Origin: Thermoprotei archaeon
GTDB taxonomy: Archaea > Thermoproteota > Thermoprotei > Thermoproteales > B15-G16
Length of the DNA: 55,434 nucleotides
Direction: 5' to 3'
Assembly (NCBI GenBank): GCA_003649205.1
Contig: QMRC01000013.1
Coordinates: 1-55,434, forward strand
Below are positions 1 through 9,034 of the stretch, one piece after another. The position numbers were made by a program, and so were the translations under genes. Each line of letters begins with the position of its first letter. Positions within the stretch are counted from its first letter, which is position 1. The notes beneath the pieces are model-generated. The model saw nothing but the letters and a program-made list of their open reading frames with translations. It did not search any database and had not been told where the DNA came from.

Positions 1-123
1 ACTCTCAGAGGATCATCCTCCTCACAGCATTACGCTCAGAGTCCCCCCTGAGAGTAGAACCCCCTCATCGCCTTACGCTCAGGGAAATCACCCCGTGAGG
101 ATAACCCTCACGAGGGTCATTCA
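1..123 (-). ncRNA. 5' part of a structured, K-turn-rich stable RNA (probable rRNA-operon leader), runs off the window edge
   Basis: Minus strand folds into hairpin ACCC(U)CGUGAGG/CCUCACGGGGU, K-turn hairpin CCCUGA-GC-GUAAG-GC-GAUGA-GGG, and stem ACUCUCAGGGG/CCUCUGAGAGU with two nested K-turns. CUGAGCGUAA occurs twice. BRE/TATA lies upstream. Confidence 0.6.
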
Positions 124-142
124 AGGTGTAGAGTAGGTAATC

Positions 143-160
143 CATAAAATAAATTTTTCA
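143..160 (-). promoter_or_regulatory. BRE + TATA promoter for the minus-strand RNA at 1-123
   Basis: Minus strand reads TGAAAAATTTATTTTATG, about 25 nt upstream of the first hairpin. Confidence 0.55.
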
Positions 161-169
161 ATGATAAAT

Positions 170-191
170 TGGTGTACCACATGGTACACCA
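170..191. repeat. Perfect 10-bp inverted repeat TGGTGTACCA-CA-TGGTACACCA
   Basis: Read directly; lies just upstream of the minus-strand promoter. Confidence 0.8.
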
Positions 192-1167
192 GATACATTA
201 GGCAATGTTGATGTACACAATCTGGCGACAGCTATCATTAGTGATCTCGAAAGTAATGAACATGCAGTTAATGGTATCAAGCTTCTCCTTCTCCTTACAT
301 CTCATACAAGATTCACCAAGTAGAAATTAGTAGAACCATCTTGAAGATTGTTGATTTATGTTTGTGAGCTTAGGTAAGTATTGTGGTTAATTGGTGTACA
401 TGTGATGTTAAGGTTATGGTGAGGGATGGAGTAACAGGTTGTCTAGTCATAGCTGAGGATGATGGTTGTCTCAATTTACTTCTCGATGAATTGAGTAGAG
501 TACTGACAAACTCACTAATTGTTAACATAGCTAAGCTAGGTACCTAAAATTGGTACCACATAAGCAACCACTAGATACCTAACCTAGGTACCTAAAGCAT
601 CTCATGAGGTAGCTTAATTTGGTATCTCTCATTCAATGTGGGGTACCTCAATGAGGTACCTCAAGTCGTGTTTTGCATGCCTGTATTCAGTGAGTAGGCT
701 ATATGTGGTTTTGTTCTTTGGTGAAGGATAGTGTGTGGGTAGGTATGTTGTTGTCGTTTCGAGGTTTTTGGTGGTGAGTTTATTGAGGATGTGGAGTTCT
801 GTAATCTGCAGAGGAGAGTGTGCTAGTTAGCTAAGTCTTTTGTCTCTAGATTTAGTGTGGTGAACCTTGAGTATGTTATTATTGAGCTAGATGGTATTAA
901 GCTTTTTTCATTTCAGAGCTTATTAGTTCGATGGTATTGTGGGGAGTTAATGTATCTGAGTTGGTTGTTAAGGGGTTAGGGAGCATACGCTACTAATTTC
1001 TACACATTCATCGCCTATAGCAGACTATACTTTTTCGAACACGTTTTTGTTCAGTACTTCAGATTTACGGGGCTTCGTTGTGGTGTAGAAGTAGTTTTTA
1101 ATTTGTACTGTGATGTGATAAGGTAGTAACGGTAGCACTCCTGCCTCCACTAGAGGGGTGTTGCGCA

Positions 1168-2586
1168 GTGTCGTACCTAGCACGTGTCAGGGGTATCTAT
1201 GCTACAGCGATAACGAAGCTTCTTCTAGATCATGGGTTTGGGATAACGCAAGCCTCTGATAAGATTCTCAAGAGATTTTCTCTAGAACCTCGATATGATC
1301 CACCGCACGTAACGGTTAAGGATAATGATGAGAAGACAGGTCTAGTAATCATAGGTCAGGAAGATGCTGTGAAGAAGGTGCTTGAGGTACTGAGTGGTGA
1401 AATTGATGACCTAATTGTTGAATGGTATGAACCGCAGATACACAGTACGTACCTAGGAGTTGTGTTGGAAGCACACGACGATAAGTACGTAATTGATCTA
1501 GGGAACAACCTCCGTGGTGTACTACATTCAAGGGTTAGGTATAATGTAGGTGATGAGGTACTGGTATCTGTTAGGAGACCTGCTCCACCTGGTGAGTATG
1601 CTGAGTTAACGGATAACATAACGATAAGTGGTCGCTACCTACGTCTCATTAGAGGTGGTATCATAACGTTTAGTCGCTTCATAAAGGATGATAGGAAGAA
1701 GGAAGAGCTACTGAGTATAGCTCTGTCCTTCAACATTGAGGGATGGGGGGTTAGATGGAGGAGTAGCGCAGCGTACGCTAGCTCTGAAGAGCTGTGTAAG
1801 GAGCTTAGTGAACTACTTGAGCTAGGTAACAGGCTAATCAAGGAGAAGCCAAGTGGTGGACCGAAGCTAGTTAGAGAAGGTGAGAGAGTTGTTGAGGTAC
1901 TTCTACCGAAGACAGCAAAGCTTAAGCTAGATGAAGCGAGGAGTAGAGTAGTACCGACAGTAACTGGACACCACATACTGAAGAACCTTGGAGAACCCTA
2001 CACAACACTAGTTGACTTCTGTGAAGAGTTGCTAGCTATGGGGGTGAGTAAGGAGCAAATTGAGAAAGCTATGTCAGTAGTGATCTCGGATAAGGGACCT
2101 CACGTAGGTTCTACAGTAGCTATCAAGCACGTACAGATATATGGCAGAGTAATTGAGCTCGGTAGAGGTAAAATCATTGAGAGAACAGATGAGTATCTAG
2201 CAATTAGGCGTGAAATATACGGAACAGGTATTTACGATGGTCTTGGAGTACCTAAGGAGAGAGGAGACTACTGTATAACCCACGTATACCCAGATAAGTG
2301 GTACCTTGTACACCACTACTTCAGCAGAAATGGAGAACTAAAGGGGGTGTATGTAAACATAAATACACCACCAGAAGTATCACCAAGTGAAATCACGTAC
2401 ATAGACCTAGAAGTTGATGTAGTAACTACACCCAATACAGAACCCAGAGTAATAGACGAAGAGAAACTACATCACTACCACAGCATAGGTGCAATACCAC
2501 AGAAGCTACTCCTCAAGATAGAGCAAGTAATACAGGAAGCAAAGAAAGTAGCGCAGGAACACGTAGAGATGTTCAGCAAGAAGTAG
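1168..2586 (+). CDS. fau-1: FAU-1 family AU-binding ribonuclease (S1 domain + C-terminal DUF402)
   Basis: N-terminal RVRGIYATAIT; GWGVRWRS; C-terminal GxYxNINTPPE...YIDLEVDVV. Confidence 0.9.
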   Translation: MSYLARVRGIYATAITKLLLDHGFGITQASDKILKRFSLEPRYDPPHVTVKDNDEKTGLVIIGQEDAVKKVLEVLSGEIDDLIVEWYEPQIHSTYLGVVLEAHDDKYVIDLGNNLRGVLHSRVRYNVGDEVLVSVRRPAPPGEYAELTDNITISGRYLRLIRGGIITFSRFIKDDRKKEELLSIALSFNIEGWGVRWRSSAAYASSEELCKELSELLELGNRLIKEKPSGGPKLVREGERVVEVLLPKTAKLKLDEARSRVVPTVTGHHILKNLGEPYTTLVDFCEELLAMGVSKEQIEKAMSVVISDKGPHVGSTVAIKHVQIYGRVIELGRGKIIERTDEYLAIRREIYGTGIYDGLGVPKERGDYCITHVYPDKWYLVHHYFSRNGELKGVYVNINTPPEVSPSEITYIDLEVDVVTTPNTEPRVIDEEKLHHYHSIGAIPQKLLLKIEQVIQEAKKVAQEHVEMFSKK

Positions 2587-2641
2587 CAAGGTGAAAGAGG
2601 TAAAGTAAATAAGTGAATCAGTAAGAGGTATCCAAGGAATA

Positions 2642-2729
2642 GCCGGGGTGCCCGAGCCAGGTCAAAGGGGGCGGGTTGAGGACCCGCTGGCGTAGGCCTG
2701 CGTGGGTTCAAATCCCACCCCCGGCACCA
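2642..2729 (+). tRNA. tRNA-Leu(GAG), long variable arm, encoded CCA
   Basis: GCCGGGG/CCCCGGC acceptor stem, anticodon loop UUGAGGA, T-loop UUCAAAU, discriminator A, then CCA. Confidence 0.97.
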
Positions 2730-2992
2730 CAAACCCCTCTCCTCAGCGTTCTCAACTATGTAGCTCTACCTCCATGGTCTACGAGAATGGCTCCATGGTA
2801 TTTACCTCTTAATTAGTCTACCTAGTTGAATGTTGAGAAAAGGTTACTAACGATCTTCACATGGCAATCTTTATGAAAGATCTCTTGAGCTAACCAACAA
2901 ACTCTACTACTCGCTATGTTGTTGATTAACCTAACTGCATCAATTGGCGTATCAGTAGTTATGGTATCCGCGTGGAGAAAGCTTCACGACAT

Positions 2993-3511
2993 TTACATCT
3001 TGAAAATCTCTCGTGGCATTCTTCTCAGCAATAGGAGTAAACCTAGTAGGAACACTAGAGTAGCGGTTATGGTTGCAGCGAGAGTACCTACTATGCTCTG
3101 TGGTGTTACTACTATGGTGTCGTTAGCAATTCGTACGTCACCTGTCTTTACACCGATTACCAAGGTGACAAAAAGTACCATAGCTGTTGCGGGAATTAAC
3201 ATCTTTAATATACTACTTAACGATAGTTTAATACCAATGCTCTCACTCTCTAAGTTCTTCGCAACTCTATACCCAAGCTCAGTCAATCTGTAGTACTTAA
3301 TCCCATTCTTCTCAACACTGGTCACTAGTCCACAGTTCATCAGTGCTCTAAGGTGGTAGTACACTAAGGTCTTCTTCTTAGGATCTAGATTTAGCTTAGT
3401 AAGTACCTCACTTAGTGAGAGATCTCCATAGTGAGCTAGTGTAAGTAGGATATCCCTTCTTAAACCAGATCTAAGAACTCTCTCAAGATCTTCCCTATTG
3501 ATCGTCTTCAT
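2993..3511 (-). CDS. ArsR-like winged-helix regulator with two C-terminal TM segments
   Basis: RRDILLTL...LSLSE...YYHLRALMNCGLV...YYRLTELG, followed by two hydrophobic stretches. Confidence 0.8.
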   Translation of the reverse strand: MKTINREDLERVLRSGLRRDILLTLAHYGDLSLSEVLTKLNLDPKKKTLVYYHLRALMNCGLVTSVEKNGIKYYRLTELGYRVAKNLESESIGIKLSLSSILKMLIPATAMVLFVTLVIGVKTGDVRIANDTIVVTPQSIVGTLAATITATLVFLLGLLLLLRRMPREIFKM

Positions 3512-3568
3512 TCATGTAATGACGCTATGCTCTATAATAAAAACTTATCACCGCTACGGTAATTGAGG

Positions 3569-4867
3569 TCAATACGTACTGTACTCGTAGAAGATACGGT
3601 ACCGCAATATCGCAGCAACACCACCAAATGTGGACTTGAGTAGCTTACCCTCCTCAGTTTCAGAGCTAATTAGCTCAACCTTTGCACCTGTTTGTCTAGC
3701 TAGTTTCAGTAGGTACTCAACGGCATCTACCTCATCAACTGTTGTCAATTCTGCACCACACTTTGGACATCTCGTATCTGGCTTCTCAGCTCCAACAACT
3801 AACTTCGTACTCTTGTAATCACACTTTGGACACTTGAGGTAGAGAGCCTTACCCTCAAGCTCTTCAGATATCAGGAGTAGCGCAACAGCACCTTGCTCAA
3901 GTGCTCTCACTACATCACGTATACCGTAAGCAGTTAACTCACTCTTCTTCACTACATAGTACATGAATTGCTGAACTAGGTGCTTCTCCTTAATGTACTG
4001 AACATCCTTTAGTATCTTGTACGACTTCTTAGCTAGCTCGTAGATACCTGCTTCACCTGAGTACCCTGTATCTACAATACCAAGTATCTTATCTTTTAGC
4101 ATGTAGTGTATGTAGTCTCCCTGTACGAACGTGTACTTAGTAGGTCCTGGTCCTCCAATAATTATACCCTTTAAATTAGGTATGTTGAGGAAGATCTTAG
4201 CCATGTACTCGCCAGCTCTTTTGAAGAATTCGTGAGCTAGCTGCTCGATAATTCTCTGGAATCTTCTCTGTGATTGACCACCAGCACTGTGTTTACCTGG
4301 TACGCCTGACGTTATATTTTCGACAATCTCTAATCTCCGTCCTTTCAGAAGTGCAAATGTCGCCTCACTCCTATCAATGACCATTAGCCCGTAGACGTCT
4401 TTGTCCTCTAACATCTCTTCAAGAATCTCCGTATAGAATCTCGAGTCACATCGGTAGAGATACGACGTTAATCTCTCAGGTGGTTCGATTACATAGCACT
4501 CAAGTTTCTCATCACCAGGAGCACCTCTCGATACGTAGCCACAGAATATCACTAATCCATTAGGTGGTGTCTGCCTGAAGTACTTTAGTCTCTGCATTAT
4601 AGCTTCAAGAGCATCAAGTACGTGATGTCTTGTTGTTCTATCCTTAATGTTCGTTGCTGTTGCATATTCCTGTCGCAGAACATTCATGACATCTGCAATT
4701 GGTCTACCAGCAGGTATGTAAAGTGATATCAGTTCAGTTCCTCTACCCTTCTTATTCCTTAGCTCTCTAATTAGCTTACGTAGTAAGTACTTCCGAATCT
4801 CTTCCTCTCCCAATCCCTCGGTATCTATCTTCTCGAATTCCTCCTCCCATTCATCACGCGATGACAT
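3569..4867 (-). CDS. prf1: Peptide chain release factor aRF1
   Basis: GTELISLYIP, NIKD, YRCDSRF, GGQSQRRF, Zn-ribbon insertion, FGGVAAILRY. Confidence 0.97.
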   Translation of the reverse strand: MSSRDEWEEEFEKIDTEGLGEEEIRKYLLRKLIRELRNKKGRGTELISLYIPAGRPIADVMNVLRQEYATATNIKDRTTRHHVLDALEAIMQRLKYFRQTPPNGLVIFCGYVSRGAPGDEKLECYVIEPPERLTSYLYRCDSRFYTEILEEMLEDKDVYGLMVIDRSEATFALLKGRRLEIVENITSGVPGKHSAGGQSQRRFQRIIEQLAHEFFKRAGEYMAKIFLNIPNLKGIIIGGPGPTKYTFVQGDYIHYMLKDKILGIVDTGYSGEAGIYELAKKSYKILKDVQYIKEKHLVQQFMYYVVKKSELTAYGIRDVVRALEQGAVALLLISEELEGKALYLKCPKCDYKSTKLVVGAEKPDTRCPKCGAELTTVDEVDAVEYLLKLARQTGAKVELISSETEEGKLLKSTFGGVAAILRYRIFYEYSTY

Positions 4868-4915
4868 TGTCTCTACTGTGTCGTGAGTTGAAGACTTAAA
4901 AAATGTTGCTCACAC

Positions 4916-5626
4916 GTGTTTAAGGGTCACAACGTGAGGATTGTACTGAAGTTAGGTGGGCACGTACTTTGGTCTGAACAAGGTATTAGAGCTGATGTAG
5001 TTGAAGGTTACTGCACTGTAGTTCGTGAACTCGTTAACGAAGGTCATAGGGTAGCACTAGTCGTTGGTGGCGGTTCTATAGCTAGAATGTTTGTCAAATA
5101 CGGTAGAGAACTTGGTTTAAGTGAAGGTCAGTGTGATGTACTTGGTATTGAGTGTGCTAGGTTGAATGCCTTACTTGTGGCACAACTTATGTCTGACATA
5201 TCCTATCCAGAGGTTCCTCGTAGTCTGGATGAAACCTTAAAGGCATTAGCTACCTCGAGAGTCGTTGTCATTGGTGGTCTTCAACCTGGTCAATCAACAA
5301 CAGCAGTTGCGTGTGTCATAGCTGATACTTGGCCGTGCGATGTACTGATCATAGCTACTGACGTAGATGGTATATATACGGATGATCCGAAGAAGAATCC
5401 AAGAGCTAACAAGCTTAGATCTGTGAGAGCAAGTGAACTCCTTAAGATGTTTCTGCATCAGGTTAAGTACTGCGCAGGAACGTACACTCTCTTCGACTAC
5501 GTATCACTTAGCATACTGGCTAGAGCTAGATTCAGAGCCTATGTCATCAACGGTCTAGATCCACGAAATGTAGTTAGAGTACTTCGTGGTGAGGACATTG
5601 GTACGGAGATACTGTGTGGTGAGTAA
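4916..5626 (+). CDS. pyrH: UMP kinase
   Basis: VLKLGG, VVGGG, PGQSTTAVA, TDVDGIYTDDPKKNP. Confidence 0.93.
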   Translation: MFKGHNVRIVLKLGGHVLWSEQGIRADVVEGYCTVVRELVNEGHRVALVVGGGSIARMFVKYGRELGLSEGQCDVLGIECARLNALLVAQLMSDISYPEVPRSLDETLKALATSRVVVIGGLQPGQSTTAVACVIADTWPCDVLIIATDVDGIYTDDPKKNPRANKLRSVRASELLKMFLHQVKYCAGTYTLFDYVSLSILARARFRAYVINGLDPRNVVRVLRGEDIGTEILCGE

Positions 5627-6010
5627 CTACCTAATACCTATCTTCATCTTCTCTAGCTGATACAGCATCAACATTGAGAGTATGAGTAGGAATGCACCAA
5701 GTAGTAGCACATTTCTCAGAGTAGATACCTCGAATCTTCTCACTGTTGCGTAGTACAGCACGAGTAAGCCAGCAACACCCATACCGTATGATAGGAATAC
5801 CATAGCGGTTTCATCTATTGCCTGCATGCCTGGACCTACTCTACCGGTAGCTAGTAGCGATAGTCTTGAAGCTTCTCTGAAGTAGACAAGTGGGTAGAAG
5901 AATCCACTGAAGAGGAGTAGTACGAGTGTTGTCACGATTGCTACCTGAATGTTCTTGTTACGTAGGTAACTGTATAGTTTCTCAAGTCTTTTAGTAATTA
6001 GCTTACTCAT
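5627..6010 (-). CDS. Three-TM membrane protein resembling OSTC/DC2 (OST3/OST6 family)
   Basis: LFSGFFY..., Q-x-x-x-E followed by FLSYGMGVAGL, third helix ending MK; this is the pattern of the OSTC C-terminal three-helix unit. Confidence 0.6.
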   Translation of the reverse strand: MSKLITKRLEKLYSYLRNKNIQVAIVTTLVLLLFSGFFYPLVYFREASRLSLLATGRVGPGMQAIDETAMVFLSYGMGVAGLLVLYYATVRRFEVSTLRNVLLLGAFLLILSMLMLYQLEKMKIGIR

Positions 6011-6093
6011 ACGCTACCTCACCTATGTCGTGAGGTCTCATTCACTAGAGTTTATTAGACTTATCCATTGAGTGCTAGTGCTGGGGATTTCCT

Positions 6094-6708
6094 GTGAGTG
6101 ATGAGGTTAAGAGAGAGTTACGTGGTAGAGAGATATCAGCGTACTCAGAGGGTATTCAGGAATATACATCAACTTGTCCGCTATGTAATGCCAATACCCT
6201 TCAGATTCGAGAGACAGTGTATGAGGTTCCTCACATGGGTAAGGTACTCATAGTGTCTTACAGGTGTGGAAGGTGTGGTTACTCACATTGTGACATATTT
6301 TCTCTCGATAAGCGAGAACCTGTTAGGTATGAGTACCGTGTCGATCGTGAGGATGACCTCTCTGTTCGTGTCATAAGATCTAGAACAGCTAGAATCAGGA
6401 TACCTGAGCTAGGTATCATAATTGATCCCGGTCCTCAGGCAGAGATCTTCATATCGAATATAGAGGGAGTACTTACTAGAATTGAGGAGCTAACTAAGAG
6501 GATGATGCTACTATCCGAAGATGAAGAGGTCAAGAAGAGGTGTACTGAGACATTAGAATTAGTTGAGAAAGCTAAGAAGGGTCAACTACCTTTCACGCTC
6601 ATAATAGAGGACCCGCTCGGTATCAGTACAATAGTACCACCACCGAGTAAAGAACATAAACTGAAAGTTACTAAGATCACACTAGAGGAGTTCTTCGGGG
6701 TGAGGTAA
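6094..6708 (+). CDS. ZPR1 zinc-finger protein
   Basis: CPLC...CGRCGY, IPELGIIIDPGP, SNIEGVL, FTLIIEDPLG. Confidence 0.93.
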   Translation: MSDEVKRELRGREISAYSEGIQEYTSTCPLCNANTLQIRETVYEVPHMGKVLIVSYRCGRCGYSHCDIFSLDKREPVRYEYRVDREDDLSVRVIRSRTARIRIPELGIIIDPGPQAEIFISNIEGVLTRIEELTKRMMLLSEDEEVKKRCTETLELVEKAKKGQLPFTLIIEDPLGISTIVPPPSKEHKLKVTKITLEEFFGVR

Positions 6709-6879
6709 GTGTCCTCAAGAAGGAGAAGACGAGAAGTATCACCACTAACAAGTGCTGGTCTAATCAGGTTCTACGAGGGTAAGGAAATAGAGGTAATCAA
6801 GATATCACCCTACATGTTGATACTCTTCGCAGCAGCACTCATAGCGTTCACAGCAATAGCGTACCTCATCGGGCTCTAA
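6709..6879 (+). CDS. secG: Preprotein translocase Sec61beta (56 aa, absent from the ORF track)
   Basis: Hand translation from GTG: MSSRRRRREVSPLTSAGLIRFYEGKEIEVIKISPYMLILFAAALIAFTAIAYLIGL*; AGLIRFY...KISP plus one TM helix. Confidence 0.93.
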   Translation: MSSRRRRREVSPLTSAGLIRFYEGKEIEVIKISPYMLILFAAALIAFTAIAYLIGL

Positions 6880-7636
6880 GTCTCTCTCTACCACCGTCCC
6901 TCACACCCCTCACAATTTCCTTCAATTTATCTGGTTGATGCTCAATTACAGTACCTGTAACCACGATATCTGCACCAGCCTTAGCAGCTACGTAGGCTGC
7001 TTCATAACTCTTAATACCACCACCAACAGTTAGTAACACAGTGGTGTAGCTCCTAACCCTTGAGATTACTTCAGGAGGTATTGGCTTACTAGCACCTGAA
7101 CCGGCTTCAAGGTACACGTTCTTCATGCCCATGAACTCAGCAGCTAGAGCATAGGCAAGTGCTAACTCAGGTCTACTGTATGGAATTGGTCTTGCACAAC
7201 TGACATATGCTGCAGCTCCTCCATCCCCCATGAGTATGTACGCTGTAGGTATTATCTCTAGATTGCTGTAGTGCCTCTTAATCGCTATAGCAGCTTGTGC
7301 CTGAGCACCTGTTATGAAGTAGGGATCGACCGAGTTCAGTACTGAGAGGAAGAACACTGCATCAGCTAACCTACTTAACCCAGCAACACTACCTGGAAAC
7401 AGTATTACCGGAATAGACGTATACGATCTAATCTCCTTTATCACCTCATCTAGCTGGAACTCTACAACACCTGTACTACCACCAAGTAGTATAGCGTCAC
7501 TACCCGCCTCATCAATTACTTGACATAGCTTACTGATAACCGATAGATCACCTACCTTATCAGGATCAATCAATGTCATGTGTAGTGCTCCGTATCTCGA
7601 CTTTCTCTCCTCAATGTACTTCAGCACCCTACCCAT
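6866..7636 (-). CDS. Geranylgeranylglyceryl phosphate synthase
   Basis: TLIDPDK, LGGSTG, PVILFPG, YLEAGSGA, VGGGI, GADIVVTGT. Confidence 0.95.
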   Translation of the reverse strand: MGRVLKYIEERKSRYGALHMTLIDPDKVGDLSVISKLCQVIDEAGSDAILLGGSTGVVEFQLDEVIKEIRSYTSIPVILFPGSVAGLSRLADAVFFLSVLNSVDPYFITGAQAQAAIAIKRHYSNLEIIPTAYILMGDGGAAAYVSCARPIPYSRPELALAYALAAEFMGMKNVYLEAGSGASKPIPPEVISRVRSYTTVLLTVGGGIKSYEAAYVAAKAGADIVVTGTVIEHQPDKLKEIVRGVRDGGRERLRAR

Positions 7637-7969
7637 CTACTCCTCAGCCTCACTAATCTCCTCTTCACCTTCACTACTCAATTCCTCAAGTGAGATAGTT
7701 CTACTCTCAACCTGCTTACTTGGAGTAGGTAGCTTACCCTCGTAGAAATCATCTACGAACTTGTTGTAGTAGTCAACTGGGTGAAATATTGGATTGTACT
7801 CGTACTCAGCCTGTAGACCACATGAACCACAGATAACAACTACCTTACCCTCACTCTTCCTCACATTTATGTTCACTGTCTTACTATCGCAGTTAGGACA
7901 CGTGAATACCTTAGGCAAAGTCTTCCTTCGAACTATAATTTTCCTTCTCCTCCTTCTCCTTCTACCCAT
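7637..7969 (-). CDS. elf1: Transcription elongation factor Elf1
   Basis: Basic MGRRRRRR N-terminus, LPKVFTCPNC...CGSCG...VDYYNKFVD, acidic tail. Confidence 0.92.
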   Translation of the reverse strand: MGRRRRRRRKIIVRRKTLPKVFTCPNCDSKTVNINVRKSEGKVVVICGSCGLQAEYEYNPIFHPVDYYNKFVDDFYEGKLPTPSKQVESRTISLEELSSEGEEEISEAEE

Positions 7970-8031
7970 GAATACACCACCACTACTTGGGATAAGACAA
8001 CTAGATTATATACCTCGCTACATCAATTTAA

Positions 8032-8835
8032 GTGATGAGCTTAGTAGAGAATGGCATAGTGTTAACTACGTACAGTGGAGAGAGGATCCTCGTAGTTGCT
8101 GACCTTCACATTGGCTATGAAAGAGAACTAGCTTTGAGAGGTGCTAGAGTCCCTCTACAGCACAGAAAGCTTCTCAGTAGGTTGACTAGGTTAATTAAAG
8201 AGAATAGAGTTGATGAGGTTATACTACTGGGTGATGTAAAGCACACCGTTACAGGAGTCAGCGCTTGCGAAGTGGCGGGATTGAAGGAGTTCCTCACAAA
8301 TCTAAGAGACCTAGTCAATTGCATTATTGTTCAGGGTAATCACGATGGTGATATTGCTGAAGTACTACCTGAAGGAATTAAGCTAGTTCCATCTCGGGGA
8401 CTAACCATTAGAGATCATGAAGGGAAGGAGATACTGCTACTACATGGACATGCTAAGCCAAGACCTGAAGATCTCGAGAAAGTAAAGGCAGTTATCATAG
8501 GTCACGTACATCCACACATCTACATGAGAGATAGCACACTCCTAAGAATCTACGAACCAGTATTCCTAAAGGTCACGACCAATAAGCAGTACATGCTCCA
8601 GAGCTTAAACGAGGTAGTTAAGATAATAGTGCTCCCTCCATTCAACACAATTGTGGGTGGAACACCAGTTGAGAACCTACTAAATCCAGATAGAGAGCAC
8701 AGAACCCCCCTCCTCAAGAAGGAAATCCTAGAGAATGCAGTTATAGAGCTATATCTTCGAGACGGTACCTACATAGGTACACTAAGTGAGTACCTACAAG
8801 TACTTAGACAGGAAGAAGAACAACTACTGAGTTAA
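8032..8835 (+). CDS. Calcineurin-like metallophosphoesterase
   Basis: ADLHIG, LGDVKH, GNHD, HGH, GHVHP. Confidence 0.9.
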   Translation: MMSLVENGIVLTTYSGERILVVADLHIGYERELALRGARVPLQHRKLLSRLTRLIKENRVDEVILLGDVKHTVTGVSACEVAGLKEFLTNLRDLVNCIIVQGNHDGDIAEVLPEGIKLVPSRGLTIRDHEGKEILLLHGHAKPRPEDLEKVKAVIIGHVHPHIYMRDSTLLRIYEPVFLKVTTNKQYMLQSLNEVVKIIVLPPFNTIVGGTPVENLLNPDREHRTPLLKKEILENAVIELYLRDGTYIGTLSEYLQVLRQEEEQLLS

Positions 8836-8882
8836 CCTTTTATCAAGAATACTGAACTTAATTAAACTAGAGGTAGTAACCA

Positions 8883-8930
8883 ATGATGAATTGAACCCAC
8901 GATGATTGGTGATTAAGCCCAGTACCCTGA
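8883..8930 (+). ncRNA. C/D-box sRNA 1
   Basis: C AUGAUGA, D' AUGA, C' GUGAUUA, D CUGA, guides of 11-12 nt. Confidence 0.88.
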
Positions 8931-8939
8931 GGGTTGGAG

Positions 8940-8988
8940 ATGAGGAGGAATCTGGGCACTGATAGGTGAAGAAGACTGGCAACACTGA
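8940..8988 (+). ncRNA. C/D-box sRNA 2
   Basis: C AUGAGGA, D' CUGA, C' GUGAAGA, D CUGA, 12-nt guides, terminal UGGA/UCCA stem. Confidence 0.85.
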
Positions 8989-9034
8989 TCCACCAGAACA
9001 CATTCATATACCCATAACGAAGCACTAGAGATAG

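Noticed and set aside
2475-2732. 85-aa minus ORF (likewise 13692-13889)
   Set aside because: Shadow translations of tRNA genes
2823-2992. Minus-strand frame ATG TCG TGA... after the regulator gene, and the + strand ORF 2916-3293
   Set aside because: The first stops at codon 3 with no recognisable homology; the second is an antisense shadow
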